Positions 8,977 to 18,126 of a stretch of 64,000 bases of DNA are shown here, one piece after another. Source of the DNA: Chloroflexia bacterium (GTDB lineage Bacteria > Chloroflexota > Chloroflexia > QHBQ01 > JAICKM01); the NCBI GenBank assembly GCA_038228295.1, contig JBBRPH010000004.1, positions 11,118 to 75,117 of the forward strand, written 5' to 3'. The position numbers were made by a program, and so were the translations under genes. The stretch's first letter is position 1. Every line of letters begins with the position of its first letter. The notes below the pieces were generated by a model. The model did no database searches, was not told the origin of the DNA, and was given only the letters and a program-made list of their open reading frames with translations.

Positions 8977-9654
8977 ATGAGTACGCAATCACAATATCAA
9001 AACGCCGCAGTACCCGAAAATGCGGCGCTGCCTGACGAACTGGACGAAGAACCCGCGCCGCGCAATTCGATGATGCCGGTGATCGTCTCGATGCTGGCCG
9101 GACTGCTGGTCGTCGGCTTGATGGGTATAATGATGCTTTCGCCGAAGCAGGCCAAACCGGTGAGTGTCGGGGCCGCCCTGCCCGCCAATATTGCCTCGTT
9201 GCCCGAAGGTGTGAACGTAGGCAACCGGGCGCCTGATTTTACGCTGGATCGGGTAGACGGCACGGGGCAGATCACGTTGAGCAGTTATCGCGGCCGGAAG
9301 CCGGTCTGGGTTAATGTGTGGGCCACCTGGTGCCCGCCGTGTCGTGGCGAGATGCCCGAAATGCAACAGGTGTGGCAGCAATACAAAGACAAGGTCGAAA
9401 TCCTGGGGGTAGACTTCCAGGAAACGCCCGATAAGGTGAAGGAGTACATCAATCAGGGCGGTTACAGTTGGAACTTTGTGATTGACCATGACACCGCCAT
9501 GTCGCGCAAATATGAAGCCAGCGCCATTCCCACCCATGTCTTTGTGGACCGCAACGGTGTCGTCCAGTACGTAGCGAAGGGTGGCCTGAGCCGGGCTTCG
9601 ATGGACGAAGCTATCGCTAAAGTCACCGGTCCCAGCGCGCCTATCGTGCCCTAA
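8977..9654 (+). CDS. Second TlpA/ResA-like thiol:disulfide oxidoreductase (tandem paralog)
   Basis: Same architecture with active site WCPPC; APDFTLDRVDG...SYRGRKPVWVNVWATWCPPC. Confidence 0.8.
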   Translation: MSTQSQYQNAAVPENAALPDELDEEPAPRNSMMPVIVSMLAGLLVVGLMGIMMLSPKQAKPVSVGAALPANIASLPEGVNVGNRAPDFTLDRVDGTGQITLSSYRGRKPVWVNVWATWCPPCRGEMPEMQQVWQQYKDKVEILGVDFQETPDKVKEYINQGGYSWNFVIDHDTAMSRKYEASAIPTHVFVDRNGVVQYVAKGGLSRASMDEAIAKVTGPSAPIVP

Positions 9655-9677
9655 GTTTGTCCGTTCTATTGCCCTGT

Positions 9678-9707
9678 GGTCCCGGAAGAGTTCCGGGACC
9701 ATTTTTC
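9678..9707 (+). terminator. Rho-independent terminator
   Basis: Perfect 10-bp stem GGTCCCGGAA / TTCCGGGACC, 3-nt loop, followed by ATTTTTCT. Confidence 0.8.
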
Positions 9708-9727
9708 TAGCCCTGAAAGGATCACTC

Positions 9728-11839
9728 ATGTCCCGTTCGCGCCGGCCCGTATCGCTTCTTTCGCTCCTGTTCCTTTCGACCCTCGCCGCGCTTGCCGCTG
9801 GAGGCGGCGCTGCACCCGCCGGCGCGGCGCGCCCGACTACGCAAGCCACAGAGCGCGTTAGCCTGACGGCAGCGGGAGGGCAGGCAGCGGGTGCTAGCCA
9901 CGCCCCCAGCCTCAGTGCCGATGGGCGCTATGGGGCCTTTGAGTCCAGCGCCGCCAACTTGGTGCCCGGCGACACCAACGGCGTGAGCGACATCTTTGTG
10001 CGCGACCGAGTGGCGAGCACCACCCAGCGTGTCAGCGTGGGGTCCGGCGGGGTTGAGGCCAACGGGATCAGCCGGGAAGCGGCGATCAGCGCCGACGGCC
10101 GCTGGGTAGCTTTCGCTTCGGCGGCGACCAATCTAGTAGCCGGCGACACCAACGGCCGGTCGGATGTGTTTGTCTATGATCGTCAGACCAGCAATATCGA
10201 ACGGGTGAGTGTGGCTACGGCTGGTATCGAAGGTAATGCAGATAGCGAGTTACCGAGCATTAGCGGTGATGGACGCTTCGTTACATTTTTGTCGGTTGCC
10301 AACAATCTGGTGCCCCGCGACACTAACAACGAAGCGGACATTTTTGTGCGTGACCGCCAAGCCGGCACGACAGCGCGCGTCAGTGTGAGCAGCAGCGGCA
10401 CCCAGGCCGATGGCGGCAGCTTTGACCCACGCATCAGCAGCGACGGCAGCACGGTCGTGTTCGACTCGCTCGCCACCAATCTGGTGCCGGGTGACACCGG
10501 CGGATTCAGTGACATCTTTGTGTACCGCCTCGCCGCCGGCACCACCGTGCGCGCTAGTGTCGCCACGGACGGTACGCCCGGTAACGGCGACAGCTACACG
10601 CCGGCGATCAGCAGCGACGGCCGGACCGTGGTCTTCCAGACTGCGGCCAACAACTTAGGGCCGGGCGACACCGGCACCAACGTGGACATCTATGTGCGCG
10701 CCCTAGCGCCCGGCACCACTGTGCGGGCCAGCCTCGCTGCCGACGGCGTGACTGAGGGCGACGCGGGCGCTTACGAGGCGGCGATTAGCGGCGACGGTCA
10801 TGTGGTAGCCTTTAAAGGGGGATCTACCAATCTGGTGCCGGGCGATACCAACGGCCAAGCCGACATCTTTGTACGCGATCTCCGCACCGGCGCGCTAGAA
10901 CGCGATAGCCTCTCCACGGCAGGCGCGCAAGCCGACGGTGACAACACGCTGCCGGCTCTCAGCGACGACGGCAGGCTGGTTGTCTTTGAATCGTCAGCAA
11001 CCAACCTGGTGCCGGGCGACACCAACGGGGCTAGTGACATCTTCCTACGTGACCGGGGCAGTGTCGCTCCGCCCGCCACCATAACGGTGACTGCCACGGC
11101 GACTGCCCTACCTACCGGCACGGCGACCCGTATTGCCACGGCGACCACCACCGTATCACCCACCGCTACGCCGACGTTATGTGCCGTTCGCTTCAGTGAT
11201 GTGCCGGCATCAGCGTACTTCTACACGCCCGTGACGGATCTGGCCTGTCGGAGCATAATCAGCGGCTATAGCGACGCCACCTTCCGACCTTATAGCCCCA
11301 CTACGCGCGCCCAGATGGTCAAGATCGTGGTGTTGGGCTTCGGCCTGCCCAGTCAAACACTGGCTATACCCACTTTTGCCGATGTGCCGGTGGATAATGT
11401 CTTCTACCCTGCGGTGGAGACTGCTGCTGGACGCGCCATCGTGTCGGGCTACACCTGTGGCGGCGTCAACCCGCAGACGGGCGCGGCCGAACCCTGCGAC
11501 GCAGGCCGGCGGCCCTACTTCCGTCCCAACGTGTCGGTAACGCGCGGCCAACTCGCCAAAATCATCGTTACCACAGCAGGCTGGACCCTGATCCAACCGG
11601 CGACGGGTAGCTTCAGCGATGTAGCGGTCGGCAGCACCTTCTACGCGGCGATTGAGACCGTCGCCTGCCACGCTATCGTCAGCGGCTACAGTTGCGGTGG
11701 GGCCGGTGAACCATGTGATAGTGGCAGTCGGCCCTATTTTCGCCCCGCTGCCAATGCTGTGCGCGGCCAGATCGCCAAGATCGTCTATGGTGCGATCCGC
11801 AGCCCCGCCGCGTGCGCGCCCCCTACGGCTCCGCGCTAA
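9728..11839 (+). CDS. Secreted beta-propeller (PD40/TolB-like repeat) protein with C-terminal SLH-like domains
   Basis: Signal peptide. About 9 repeats of S.DGR...F.S.A.NLVPGDTNG..DIFVRD. A Thr/Ala linker, then three SLH-like units, two of them with Cys-containing inserts (CGG...EPCD). Confidence 0.7.
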   Translation: MSRSRRPVSLLSLLFLSTLAALAAGGGAAPAGAARPTTQATERVSLTAAGGQAAGASHAPSLSADGRYGAFESSAANLVPGDTNGVSDIFVRDRVASTTQRVSVGSGGVEANGISREAAISADGRWVAFASAATNLVAGDTNGRSDVFVYDRQTSNIERVSVATAGIEGNADSELPSISGDGRFVTFLSVANNLVPRDTNNEADIFVRDRQAGTTARVSVSSSGTQADGGSFDPRISSDGSTVVFDSLATNLVPGDTGGFSDIFVYRLAAGTTVRASVATDGTPGNGDSYTPAISSDGRTVVFQTAANNLGPGDTGTNVDIYVRALAPGTTVRASLAADGVTEGDAGAYEAAISGDGHVVAFKGGSTNLVPGDTNGQADIFVRDLRTGALERDSLSTAGAQADGDNTLPALSDDGRLVVFESSATNLVPGDTNGASDIFLRDRGSVAPPATITVTATATALPTGTATRIATATTTVSPTATPTLCAVRFSDVPASAYFYTPVTDLACRSIISGYSDATFRPYSPTTRAQMVKIVVLGFGLPSQTLAIPTFADVPVDNVFYPAVETAAGRAIVSGYTCGGVNPQTGAAEPCDAGRRPYFRPNVSVTRGQLAKIIVTTAGWTLIQPATGSFSDVAVGSTFYAAIETVACHAIVSGYSCGGAGEPCDSGSRPYFRPAANAVRGQIAKIVYGAIRSPAACAPPTAPR

Positions 11840-12353
11840 CGGTGACGATACGATACTGGTGCGTGACTGGGCAGGCCCGCGCCAGCATCGCGTTCACCGG
11901 GCAATATTTCGTGGCCGAGAGTTCGATAGCCCGTGCCACTGCGGCCGGGTCAAGCGCGGGCCCGCTGACGATATGCTGCACCACAATGGCGGTGTAGACG
12001 TGCGGGTGATCCTGGGCTTGCACGCCGGCCACGCGCACGCGATAATCGCTCACCACCTGCCGCTTTTTCCGCAGAATTGTGATTACATCCATACCGGTGC
12101 AACCGGCCAGGGCCACCAACAGCAGTTCCAATGGGCGGAAGCCACCGGCCCGACCGGGATCGTCGGCGGTATCCAGCGCTAACTCATGGCCGGACGGGGC
12201 GTGGGCCGCGAAAGCCATGCCCACCGGCTCACTGAGGCGGATCGCCGCCTCACCGACGTGTGGACCGGGAATCAGCGGTTCGTGCAAGGCTTCGTCCAGC
12301 GTGGTATTGTGGCCTTGCGGCAATAGAGATGCGATGGCAGTTAGGTGAGTCAT
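11823..12353 (-). CDS. OsmC/Ohr-family peroxiredoxin-like protein
   Basis: Motif PLELLLVALAGCTGMDVITILRKKR is typical of the OsmC family. Its 3' end overlaps the convergent gene by 17 nt. Confidence 0.7.
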   Translation of the reverse strand: MTHLTAIASLLPQGHNTTLDEALHEPLIPGPHVGEAAIRLSEPVGMAFAAHAPSGHELALDTADDPGRAGGFRPLELLLVALAGCTGMDVITILRKKRQVVSDYRVRVAGVQAQDHPHVYTAIVVQHIVSGPALDPAAVARAIELSATKYCPVNAMLARACPVTHQYRIVTVSAEP

Positions 12354-12409
12354 AGGTGTTCCGGCTTTCTAGGGAAGGGTTGGCTGTAGACGCGCAATGA
12401 ATTGCGTGC

Positions 12410-12868
12410 CTACATTCGATCTATGGCGATACTCTGTTGCAATTGCGGCAAAAATTGCCGCCACCCGGCGATGTGGCCCTGGCGGTCGGTCTGATCGTCC
12501 GGCGAATCGGTGTAGGGGCCGTGGGTCAGCGTCAAGTTTGTGCCGCCCGGCCGGGACGCGAAAGTCAGTGTCACGGTGCGCGCGGGTCGATCCGGCTCAT
12601 GGTCCCAGGCCCAGGTAAAGGCCAGCGCCCGGCCCGGCTCCCAGACTGTGTAGGTGCCGCGCAAGTGCCAGTCCCTGCGCGGCCAAGCTAGGTGATACGC
12701 CCCACCCAGCCGCGCCTCGCCTTCGGCCGTCGGCGGCCACCACTGCGTCAGCCGCTCCGGCTCCACCCACCAGCGGAACAGTTCTATCGGCTCGCCCGCA
12801 AAACCGGCTTCTAGCTCCAGCGTACTCGGGGCAGACGGGATCTGCCGTATCGTCTCCGTCGCATCCAT
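12410..12868 (-). CDS. SRPBCC (AHSA1/START-like) domain protein
   Basis: Size and motifs (RLTQWWPP, AYHLAW, TLTF....GGTNLTLTH) resemble the Aha1-like SRPBCC family. Confidence 0.5.
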   Translation of the reverse strand: MDATETIRQIPSAPSTLELEAGFAGEPIELFRWWVEPERLTQWWPPTAEGEARLGGAYHLAWPRRDWHLRGTYTVWEPGRALAFTWAWDHEPDRPARTVTLTFASRPGGTNLTLTHGPYTDSPDDQTDRQGHIAGWRQFLPQLQQSIAIDRM

Positions 12869-12942
12869 TCATACACCTCCCCGGCGCCGGCTGCTGCGCC
12901 GCTACATCATGCATCCCCACGTTTCACGCTACCATGCCACGT

Positions 12943-14109
12943 TCAGCCCAGTCGTCGCGCATCCAACAGCCCCGGCGACCGGCCGTGTAGTAGCAGGGCG
13001 ACCAACCGCTCGGCGGTTTGCAGCCCCCAGCCTAGGCCGTGGCCGGTGAAACCGACCGCGAAGCCGACGCGCGGCAGGTCGGGGAGTAGGCCGACCAGGG
13101 GGATGTGGTCGCGCGAAAAGCCCATTACGCCTGACCAGCGGTGGGTGATCGGCACGCCACGCAGTTCGGGAAAGTAGCGCAGCAAGAAGCCGGCCAGCCC
13201 GCCTTGTACGCCCGCCGTCACGCGGTCCTCGTAGCCGACCTCAGCGGCGCGGAAATGCTGTCGCCAGCCGCCGATCAGCATCGCGCCGTCGGGCAGTTGC
13301 CGGAAGTACTCGTAGCCCCAGTCGGCGTAGGCAGGGCGATCCAGCAGGCCCGGCGCAACGGGGGCTGTGACCAGCACTTGCCCGCGTGTCGGTACCACAA
13401 GATCCGCGAAGTAGGGGTGCAGCAGCGGCGCATACGCGTTGGTGCAGAGCGCGACGCGCCGGCAGCGGATCGTCGCCAGCCGCGAGCGCACTTCCATGCC
13501 GTCGCTGGTGGGCAACAGCGCGTAGACCTCGCTGTTCTCCAGCAAGCGCGCCCCGCCGGCCGCCACTAGCGCCTCGGTCAGGCGCGCCGGATGGGTCGCG
13601 CCGTCGCCGGGCTGCACCAGCGCGGCGCTGAACCCGCGCCCAGTCGGGTCGCTGCGCTGGAACTCACCGGGCAGCCCGGCTGCTGCTAACGCCTGCGCCG
13701 TCTGTTCCAGTGCGTCGGCTTCGGCGGCATCAAGTGCCAGCACCAGCGCGCCGTGCTGCTCCCACGGCACGCCGTACTCGGCGGCCAACGCAAACATCCG
13801 CGCCCGGTTCGCCAGTGTCAGTTCCCACACCTCGCGTGCGGCGGTCGGACCGTACTGAGCCACCGCCTCGTGGTAATAGGCGGCCAAGCCGGTGAGGACC
13901 ATGCCGGCGTTGCGCCCCGTAGCGCCCGCCGCCACATGGCGCGCCTCCACCAGCACCACATCCGCGCCCGCCTCGCGCAGGCACTTGGCTGTATACGCGC
14001 CCACGATGCCCGCGCCGATCACGCACACATCACAGGTCAGTAGCTGGGTGGTGCTCTTGTCTTGCCAGTAGGAGACGGTCACAGAATTGTCATTCTTCCT
14101 CGGCTCCAA
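12943..14109 (-). CDS. FAD-dependent oxidoreductase (DAO family)
   Basis: N-terminal dinucleotide-binding motif CDVCVIGAGIVGAYTA; length and C-terminal GHGLG motif fit the DAO family. The annotated start overlaps the upstream gene by 20 nt; an internal GTG start is possible. Confidence 0.7.
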   Translation of the reverse strand: MEPRKNDNSVTVSYWQDKSTTQLLTCDVCVIGAGIVGAYTAKCLREAGADVVLVEARHVAAGATGRNAGMVLTGLAAYYHEAVAQYGPTAAREVWELTLANRARMFALAAEYGVPWEQHGALVLALDAAEADALEQTAQALAAAGLPGEFQRSDPTGRGFSAALVQPGDGATHPARLTEALVAAGGARLLENSEVYALLPTSDGMEVRSRLATIRCRRVALCTNAYAPLLHPYFADLVVPTRGQVLVTAPVAPGLLDRPAYADWGYEYFRQLPDGAMLIGGWRQHFRAAEVGYEDRVTAGVQGGLAGFLLRYFPELRGVPITHRWSGVMGFSRDHIPLVGLLPDLPRVGFAVGFTGHGLGWGLQTAERLVALLLHGRSPGLLDARRLG

Positions 14110-15235
14110 GTACCAAGAGTCGTTCGGCGGTTTGACGGATAAGCAGAAATGCCTCTTTCAGCGAGTGACTCACTGCACTGTTTGGTTCACTCAGTATCAA
14201 TTCTTGATAGTTATCGAGGAAACTAATCCGTAGCCGGTGAAATAGATGTAGGAAGTGGCGCAAGAATGCGACACAATCCAATACAACAATTTCTACGCCA
14301 CCACTGCTTTCATAAAGGCTGGCTGCGTAGGTTTGTACGTCGTCGGCGGCCGGTTCGGTTGTGATGAAAATGTAGTTGTCCACTCGGTTAGGTACACTTA
14401 AAATTTTGTCTAGCGCTCGATCAATGTCATCGCGGATTACCGGTTTCAGCTTCATTTCATAACAGGTAAGAATTCTGGTCTCATGCTCCAATGTGATTTC
14501 CAGATCACCCAGCGCGCCTGTTTGCTCATCCGCCGCGTTATGGGCTTGTAGTGGTCGTACTGCCTCACCCAATTGATCTTTCGCTGCTTTATAGGCTGCT
14601 GCGACCACCAGAACTGGTAGGCGGCTGGCGTTTTTCTGTTGTAGGTGTTGGACTATAACTTTAACAATGCTCTCTGCGGACAATGGTAGGCTTGCTCTAG
14701 TTTCGCGTGCAACGACTAATAACTCTGCCAACCGGTGATCTGCCTCATCACGCAATTGTATCAGTTGGCGTAAGACTTCAACCAATAGATCGTTCGCTGC
14801 CACCCTACCCATGTGTACATCGTCCAACAGCTGTAGGGTGGAACGGTAGAGTTCGGGCGGTCGCCCTGCGATAGCTGTGTCTGTGGTAAGTGTTTGGTTA
14901 ATATTGCGGAACGCCGGAGTCAGAAAAGCAGTAGTGGGATTACAGGGCAAGCGATACTTACGCACAAAAGGCTGGATGTATTCTTCATCGTAAGTACGGC
15001 CCGAAAATGTATCTGAGTCTCCAATTTCGGTATAAGGCTTACGCGGATCAACGGCTGGTCGGTCGATCTTTGCCAGCGTACACGCCATCAAAAACCGGAC
15101 AGCGGCTCGATTGCGTGGATAACGACAGACGAACGTCACGCGCTCTAGCATGGTACTATCGGCTATTGCAGCGTGGTCCCCTTGCTCTACTGCCTGTTCC
15201 ATCAAACGATCAAGAATCTCAGGCTTCGTACTCAC
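14090..15235 (-). CDS. Putative type II restriction endonuclease (PD-(D/E)xK), low-GC
   Basis: GTG start preceded by GGAGGAGG. Candidate nuclease motif GDLEI...(15 aa)...YEMKLK. Overlaps by 17 nt the stop of the Dam-type methylase immediately upstream. G+C is visibly lower than the flanks. Confidence 0.5.
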   Translation of the reverse strand: MSTKPEILDRLMEQAVEQGDHAAIADSTMLERVTFVCRYPRNRAAVRFLMACTLAKIDRPAVDPRKPYTEIGDSDTFSGRTYDEEYIQPFVRKYRLPCNPTTAFLTPAFRNINQTLTTDTAIAGRPPELYRSTLQLLDDVHMGRVAANDLLVEVLRQLIQLRDEADHRLAELLVVARETRASLPLSAESIVKVIVQHLQQKNASRLPVLVVAAAYKAAKDQLGEAVRPLQAHNAADEQTGALGDLEITLEHETRILTCYEMKLKPVIRDDIDRALDKILSVPNRVDNYIFITTEPAADDVQTYAASLYESSGGVEIVVLDCVAFLRHFLHLFHRLRISFLDNYQELILSEPNSAVSHSLKEAFLLIRQTAERLLVLGAEEE

Positions 15236-16178
15236 CTGCCTCCTCCCAGAGTTCTAGGTTACCCTGTTGCGGCTGAGCTACTATGTCCTCTGTTCTTGAC
15301 ACTGTTTCCGTCCCTCTAAAACCTGTCGGATCGTAATTGGTCCACAGCACTTCGCGGCGCGTGTCTTTGGTCGAGTGGATCGTGCGCGCTGCGCCGACGG
15401 TTTTGTGCCAATGCGGGGCAGGGTAGAGCGCGTCTATTAGCGCGCAGTCATAATTCGAGATCGCTACATAGCCCTGCACCGTGTTGAGCAACGCGGCCAG
15501 TTCCCGATGGTCTGCGTCGCTCATTTCGTAGCCGTAAGCCTTGCTGTCGCCGCGCGTTTCGTGGGCATACGGCGGGTCTACATAGAACAAGGTGCGCGGT
15601 GCGTCGTAGAGCCGAATCACCTCGGCGGCCGGGCGGTTCTCGATCTGCACGCGCAGCAGCCGCTCGGCGATGGCCGGCAGGTCTGTCACTGCGCCCAGCC
15701 AGCGACTGACCACGCCACTCATGCCCGCGCGGCTGGTCTCTTTGCAGTTGGCCCAGCGGCCCAGGCTGGCCCGTTGCGCCAACCCCGTGCGGACTTGCCG
15801 GGCGCGCACGTAAAAGCGCCGCGCCCGTTCCATCGGCGGCAGCGCCGGGTCCAGTGTGCAAGCCAAGCTGAATTCCTCACGTGCAAACGGAGTGAGGCCA
15901 ATCGCTTCGATCAGCGCCGCCTTGTCGGTCCGTAACACGCGAAAGAAGTTAACCACCTCGCCGTCCAGGTCGTTGTAGGTTTCGACGGGAGAAGGTAGCC
16001 GGTTGAGCAATACCGCGCCTGACCCGGCGAACGGCTCGCAATAGTGGTGGCAGGGCGGCAACAGGGGCAGTAGCCAATCCAGATGCGAAAACTTGCCGCC
16101 GTACCAGCCGAAAGCGATCAGCTTTTTGGGGCGTGTCAGGCCGCCCACGGCCGTGGGCGGGGCGCGGTGCTTGGTCAT
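15219..16178 (-). CDS. DNA adenine methyltransferase, D12 (Dam) class
   Basis: Motifs FGWYGGK, EPFAGSGAV, YNDLDGEVVNFF and FYVDPPY. Start chosen at ATG 16178 (MTKHR...), which forms an ATGA overlap with the upstream stop; the 16268 start in the track adds an unlikely 30-aa extension. Confidence 0.85.
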   Translation of the reverse strand: MTKHRAPPTAVGGLTRPKKLIAFGWYGGKFSHLDWLLPLLPPCHHYCEPFAGSGAVLLNRLPSPVETYNDLDGEVVNFFRVLRTDKAALIEAIGLTPFAREEFSLACTLDPALPPMERARRFYVRARQVRTGLAQRASLGRWANCKETSRAGMSGVVSRWLGAVTDLPAIAERLLRVQIENRPAAEVIRLYDAPRTLFYVDPPYAHETRGDSKAYGYEMSDADHRELAALLNTVQGYVAISNYDCALIDALYPAPHWHKTVGAARTIHSTKDTRREVLWTNYDPTGFRGTETVSRTEDIVAQPQQGNLELWEEAGEYEA

Positions 16179-16633
16179 GCGGGTTGCAGAATGACCACCG
16201 GGATTTCGCGGCTGGTTTTCTTTGCGTAGCCTGCATAGTTTGGCACCTTGCCGACGATCATGGCCCACAGGCGAGCGCGGTCGGCGGGCGCGGCGGTGGC
16301 GGCGCGCATCCGCTGCTCGATCTTTCCTATGAGCACTGTGACTTCCGGCTTGCTCTGTAGGTTCAAGTACCAGGCGGGGGCCGTATCCGCTCCGCCGTTC
16401 GAGGCGACCAGCACTAGGTTAGCCCCGTCGCGGAAGTAGGTCAGCGGGGTGGTGCGCGGTTCGCCGCTTTTCCGCCCGGTTGTTGTCAGCACCAGGATAT
16501 CCATTCCCGCCATGTGCCCGCCGACTCGACCACCGCTGAGGCGGTAGAGTGCCTTGTGTATGCCGGTAACGGCGAGAGACACGATGCGCGGCAGTCCGCC
16601 GCCCGCTGCGGGCGTTGCCTTTTTGTCTATCAT
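16175..16633 (-). CDS. Deazaflavin (F420)-dependent nitroreductase-family protein (DDN/PNPOx-like)
   Basis: LVLTTTGRKSGEPRTTPLTYFRDGANLVLVASNGGADTAPAWYLNL is the hallmark of the DDN / DUF385 family. Confidence 0.75.
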   Translation of the reverse strand: MIDKKATPAAGGGLPRIVSLAVTGIHKALYRLSGGRVGGHMAGMDILVLTTTGRKSGEPRTTPLTYFRDGANLVLVASNGGADTAPAWYLNLQSKPEVTVLIGKIEQRMRAATAAPADRARLWAMIVGKVPNYAGYAKKTSREIPVVILQPA

Positions 16634-16691
16634 GGCTTATGCTCCCTTCTCTATCACCGTAGTATAGCACAGATGTCGGGTGTACCGTGTA

Positions 16692-16719
16692 TTACGTCTT
16701 ACGTCTCACGTGAGGCACG
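16692..16719. repeat. Degenerate heptamer array (TTACGTC TTACGTC TCACGTG AGGCACG)
   Basis: Four 7-nt units in the spacer between the DDN gene and tRNA-Val. Confidence 0.7.
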
Positions 16720-16770
16720 CTTCGCATAGATCATACGCGATACCCAATAGGCAAAAGGCTGAAGCGCGCC

Positions 16771-16799
16771 TTGCATCAAAAATAGGGATCTGGTATAAT
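16771..16799 (+). promoter_or_regulatory. tRNA-Val promoter (TTGCAT, 17 nt spacer, TGgTATAAT)
   Basis: TTGCAT at 16771-16776 and TGGTATAAT at 16791-16799, 11 nt before the tRNA 5' end. CCTTGCATC and TCTGGTATAATAG are shared verbatim with the tRNA-Glu promoter. Confidence 0.7.
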
Positions 16800-16810
16800 A
16801 GCCCCACTGG

Positions 16811-16884
<74 letters not shown>

Positions 16885-16893
16885 CCCCGTTCC

Positions 16894-16925
16894 GCCCCGG
16901 TTTGCCCTTTGCGCCGGGGCTTTTT
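16894..16925 (+). terminator. Rho-independent terminator after tRNA-Val
   Basis: Stem GCCCCGG (16894-16900) / CCGGGGC (16914-16920) followed by TTTTT. Confidence 0.7.
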
Positions 16926-16973
16926 CGTGGCCTCGGCGCAATCCCGCCGAGCACCAGAAAGGATACTGACCCC

Positions 16974-18095
16974 ATGCCCCTGACCCGCCCTCGCTGCCGT
17001 AGTATGATCTGGACGTTAGGTGCCGGCCTGTTGTTGTTAGCCGCGTGTGATAGCGGCACGCCTAGTCCAACCCCGGTCGTAGTGGGGCCGACCGCGACTT
17101 TCACCGTCGGTGTAGCTGCACCGACCGCTACTGCGGTGGTCGCGTCCCCTATTATAATCCCCAACCTGACCGCTACTGCGCCGGCCGCGCCGCCCACCAC
17201 GATGCCGGTAACCGACACCGTGCCTGCCCCGACCACAACCGTGGCTGCCGCAGCCGGCGCAACCGCCCCTGCGCCCACAGCCGCTGCCCACCCGCCGACG
17301 CGCGTGCCGACGCGCCTCGCGTCCGGCACACCCACCCAGCCGGCTAACACGGCTACACCCGGACTAGGCGGATCAGTCACGCCGGCGGCCGACACGGTTA
17401 CGCCGGGCGGGGATACGCCGACCCCAGCCGGTACGGCGACAGTGGCGGCGTTGCTCACACCGGGTCGCACGCCGCTCAGCGGTGCGGATCTACAGGTAGA
17501 GCGCGTGGCCCCCGGCAAGGGCCGGATTGCGCTGACTTTTGATGCCGGCTCCACCAGCGGCGATGTGCCCGCGATTCTGGCGGCACTGGCGCGCTACAAT
17601 GCCCACATCACTTTCTTCGTCACCGGCCAATGGGCCGAGCAGAACCCGGAGCAAGTACGGGCGATGCTGGCCGCCGGCGATGAAGTCGCCAACCACAGCT
17701 ACACCCACCCTTCGTTTCCTAAGTTGACCGATGACGAGATGATCAGTGAATTGGCGAAGGCGGATGCGGCGATCCGGGCGGCGGGTGCGACCACCAGCAA
17801 GCCTTACTGGCGACCGCCGTTTGGTGACGAGACCGGCCATGTGTTGAACGTGGCCCGCGACCAGGGCTACCGCTCGATCTATTGGACCTGGGATAGCCTC
17901 GACTCTATCGGCAAGCCCAAATCGAAGGATTTTATCGTCAAGCGCGTCACCCAGGCATCCGTGCCGCTCGATGGCGCAGTTATCCTGCAACACGTTGCCG
18001 CTCCCACCTCCGTGGCCGCCCTGCCGGACATCTTGACTAACCTTTACGGTCGCGGGTTGCGCGTGGTGACGATCACCGAACTGTTGGCTCCGTGA
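16974..18095 (+). CDS. Lipoprotein-type polysaccharide deacetylase (NodB homology domain, CE4)
   Basis: Lipobox LLLLAAC, a Pro/Thr/Ala-rich linker, then IALTFDAG...ITFFVTGQW...GDEVANHSYTHP (NodB motifs). Start set at ATG 16974 with GAAAGGA upstream. Confidence 0.8.
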   Translation: MPLTRPRCRSMIWTLGAGLLLLAACDSGTPSPTPVVVGPTATFTVGVAAPTATAVVASPIIIPNLTATAPAAPPTTMPVTDTVPAPTTTVAAAAGATAPAPTAAAHPPTRVPTRLASGTPTQPANTATPGLGGSVTPAADTVTPGGDTPTPAGTATVAALLTPGRTPLSGADLQVERVAPGKGRIALTFDAGSTSGDVPAILAALARYNAHITFFVTGQWAEQNPEQVRAMLAAGDEVANHSYTHPSFPKLTDDEMISELAKADAAIRAAGATTSKPYWRPPFGDETGHVLNVARDQGYRSIYWTWDSLDSIGKPKSKDFIVKRVTQASVPLDGAVILQHVAAPTSVAALPDILTNLYGRGLRVVTITELLAP

Positions 18096-18103
18096 TAGCC
18101 GGC

Positions 18104-18124
18104 AGGTATCAGGCATCAGGTAGC
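18104..18124. repeat. Heptamer array (AGGTATC AGGCATC AGGTAGC)
   Basis: Three units right after the stop at 18095. Same unit family as the array at 26954-26981. Confidence 0.7.
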
Positions 18125-18126
18125 CG

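Noticed and set aside
8989-9849. 286-aa minus-strand ORF covering the second TlpA gene and the terminator
   Set aside because: It is antisense to a gene with a clear thioredoxin motif and runs straight through a strong plus-strand terminator hairpin. It is a shadow ORF.
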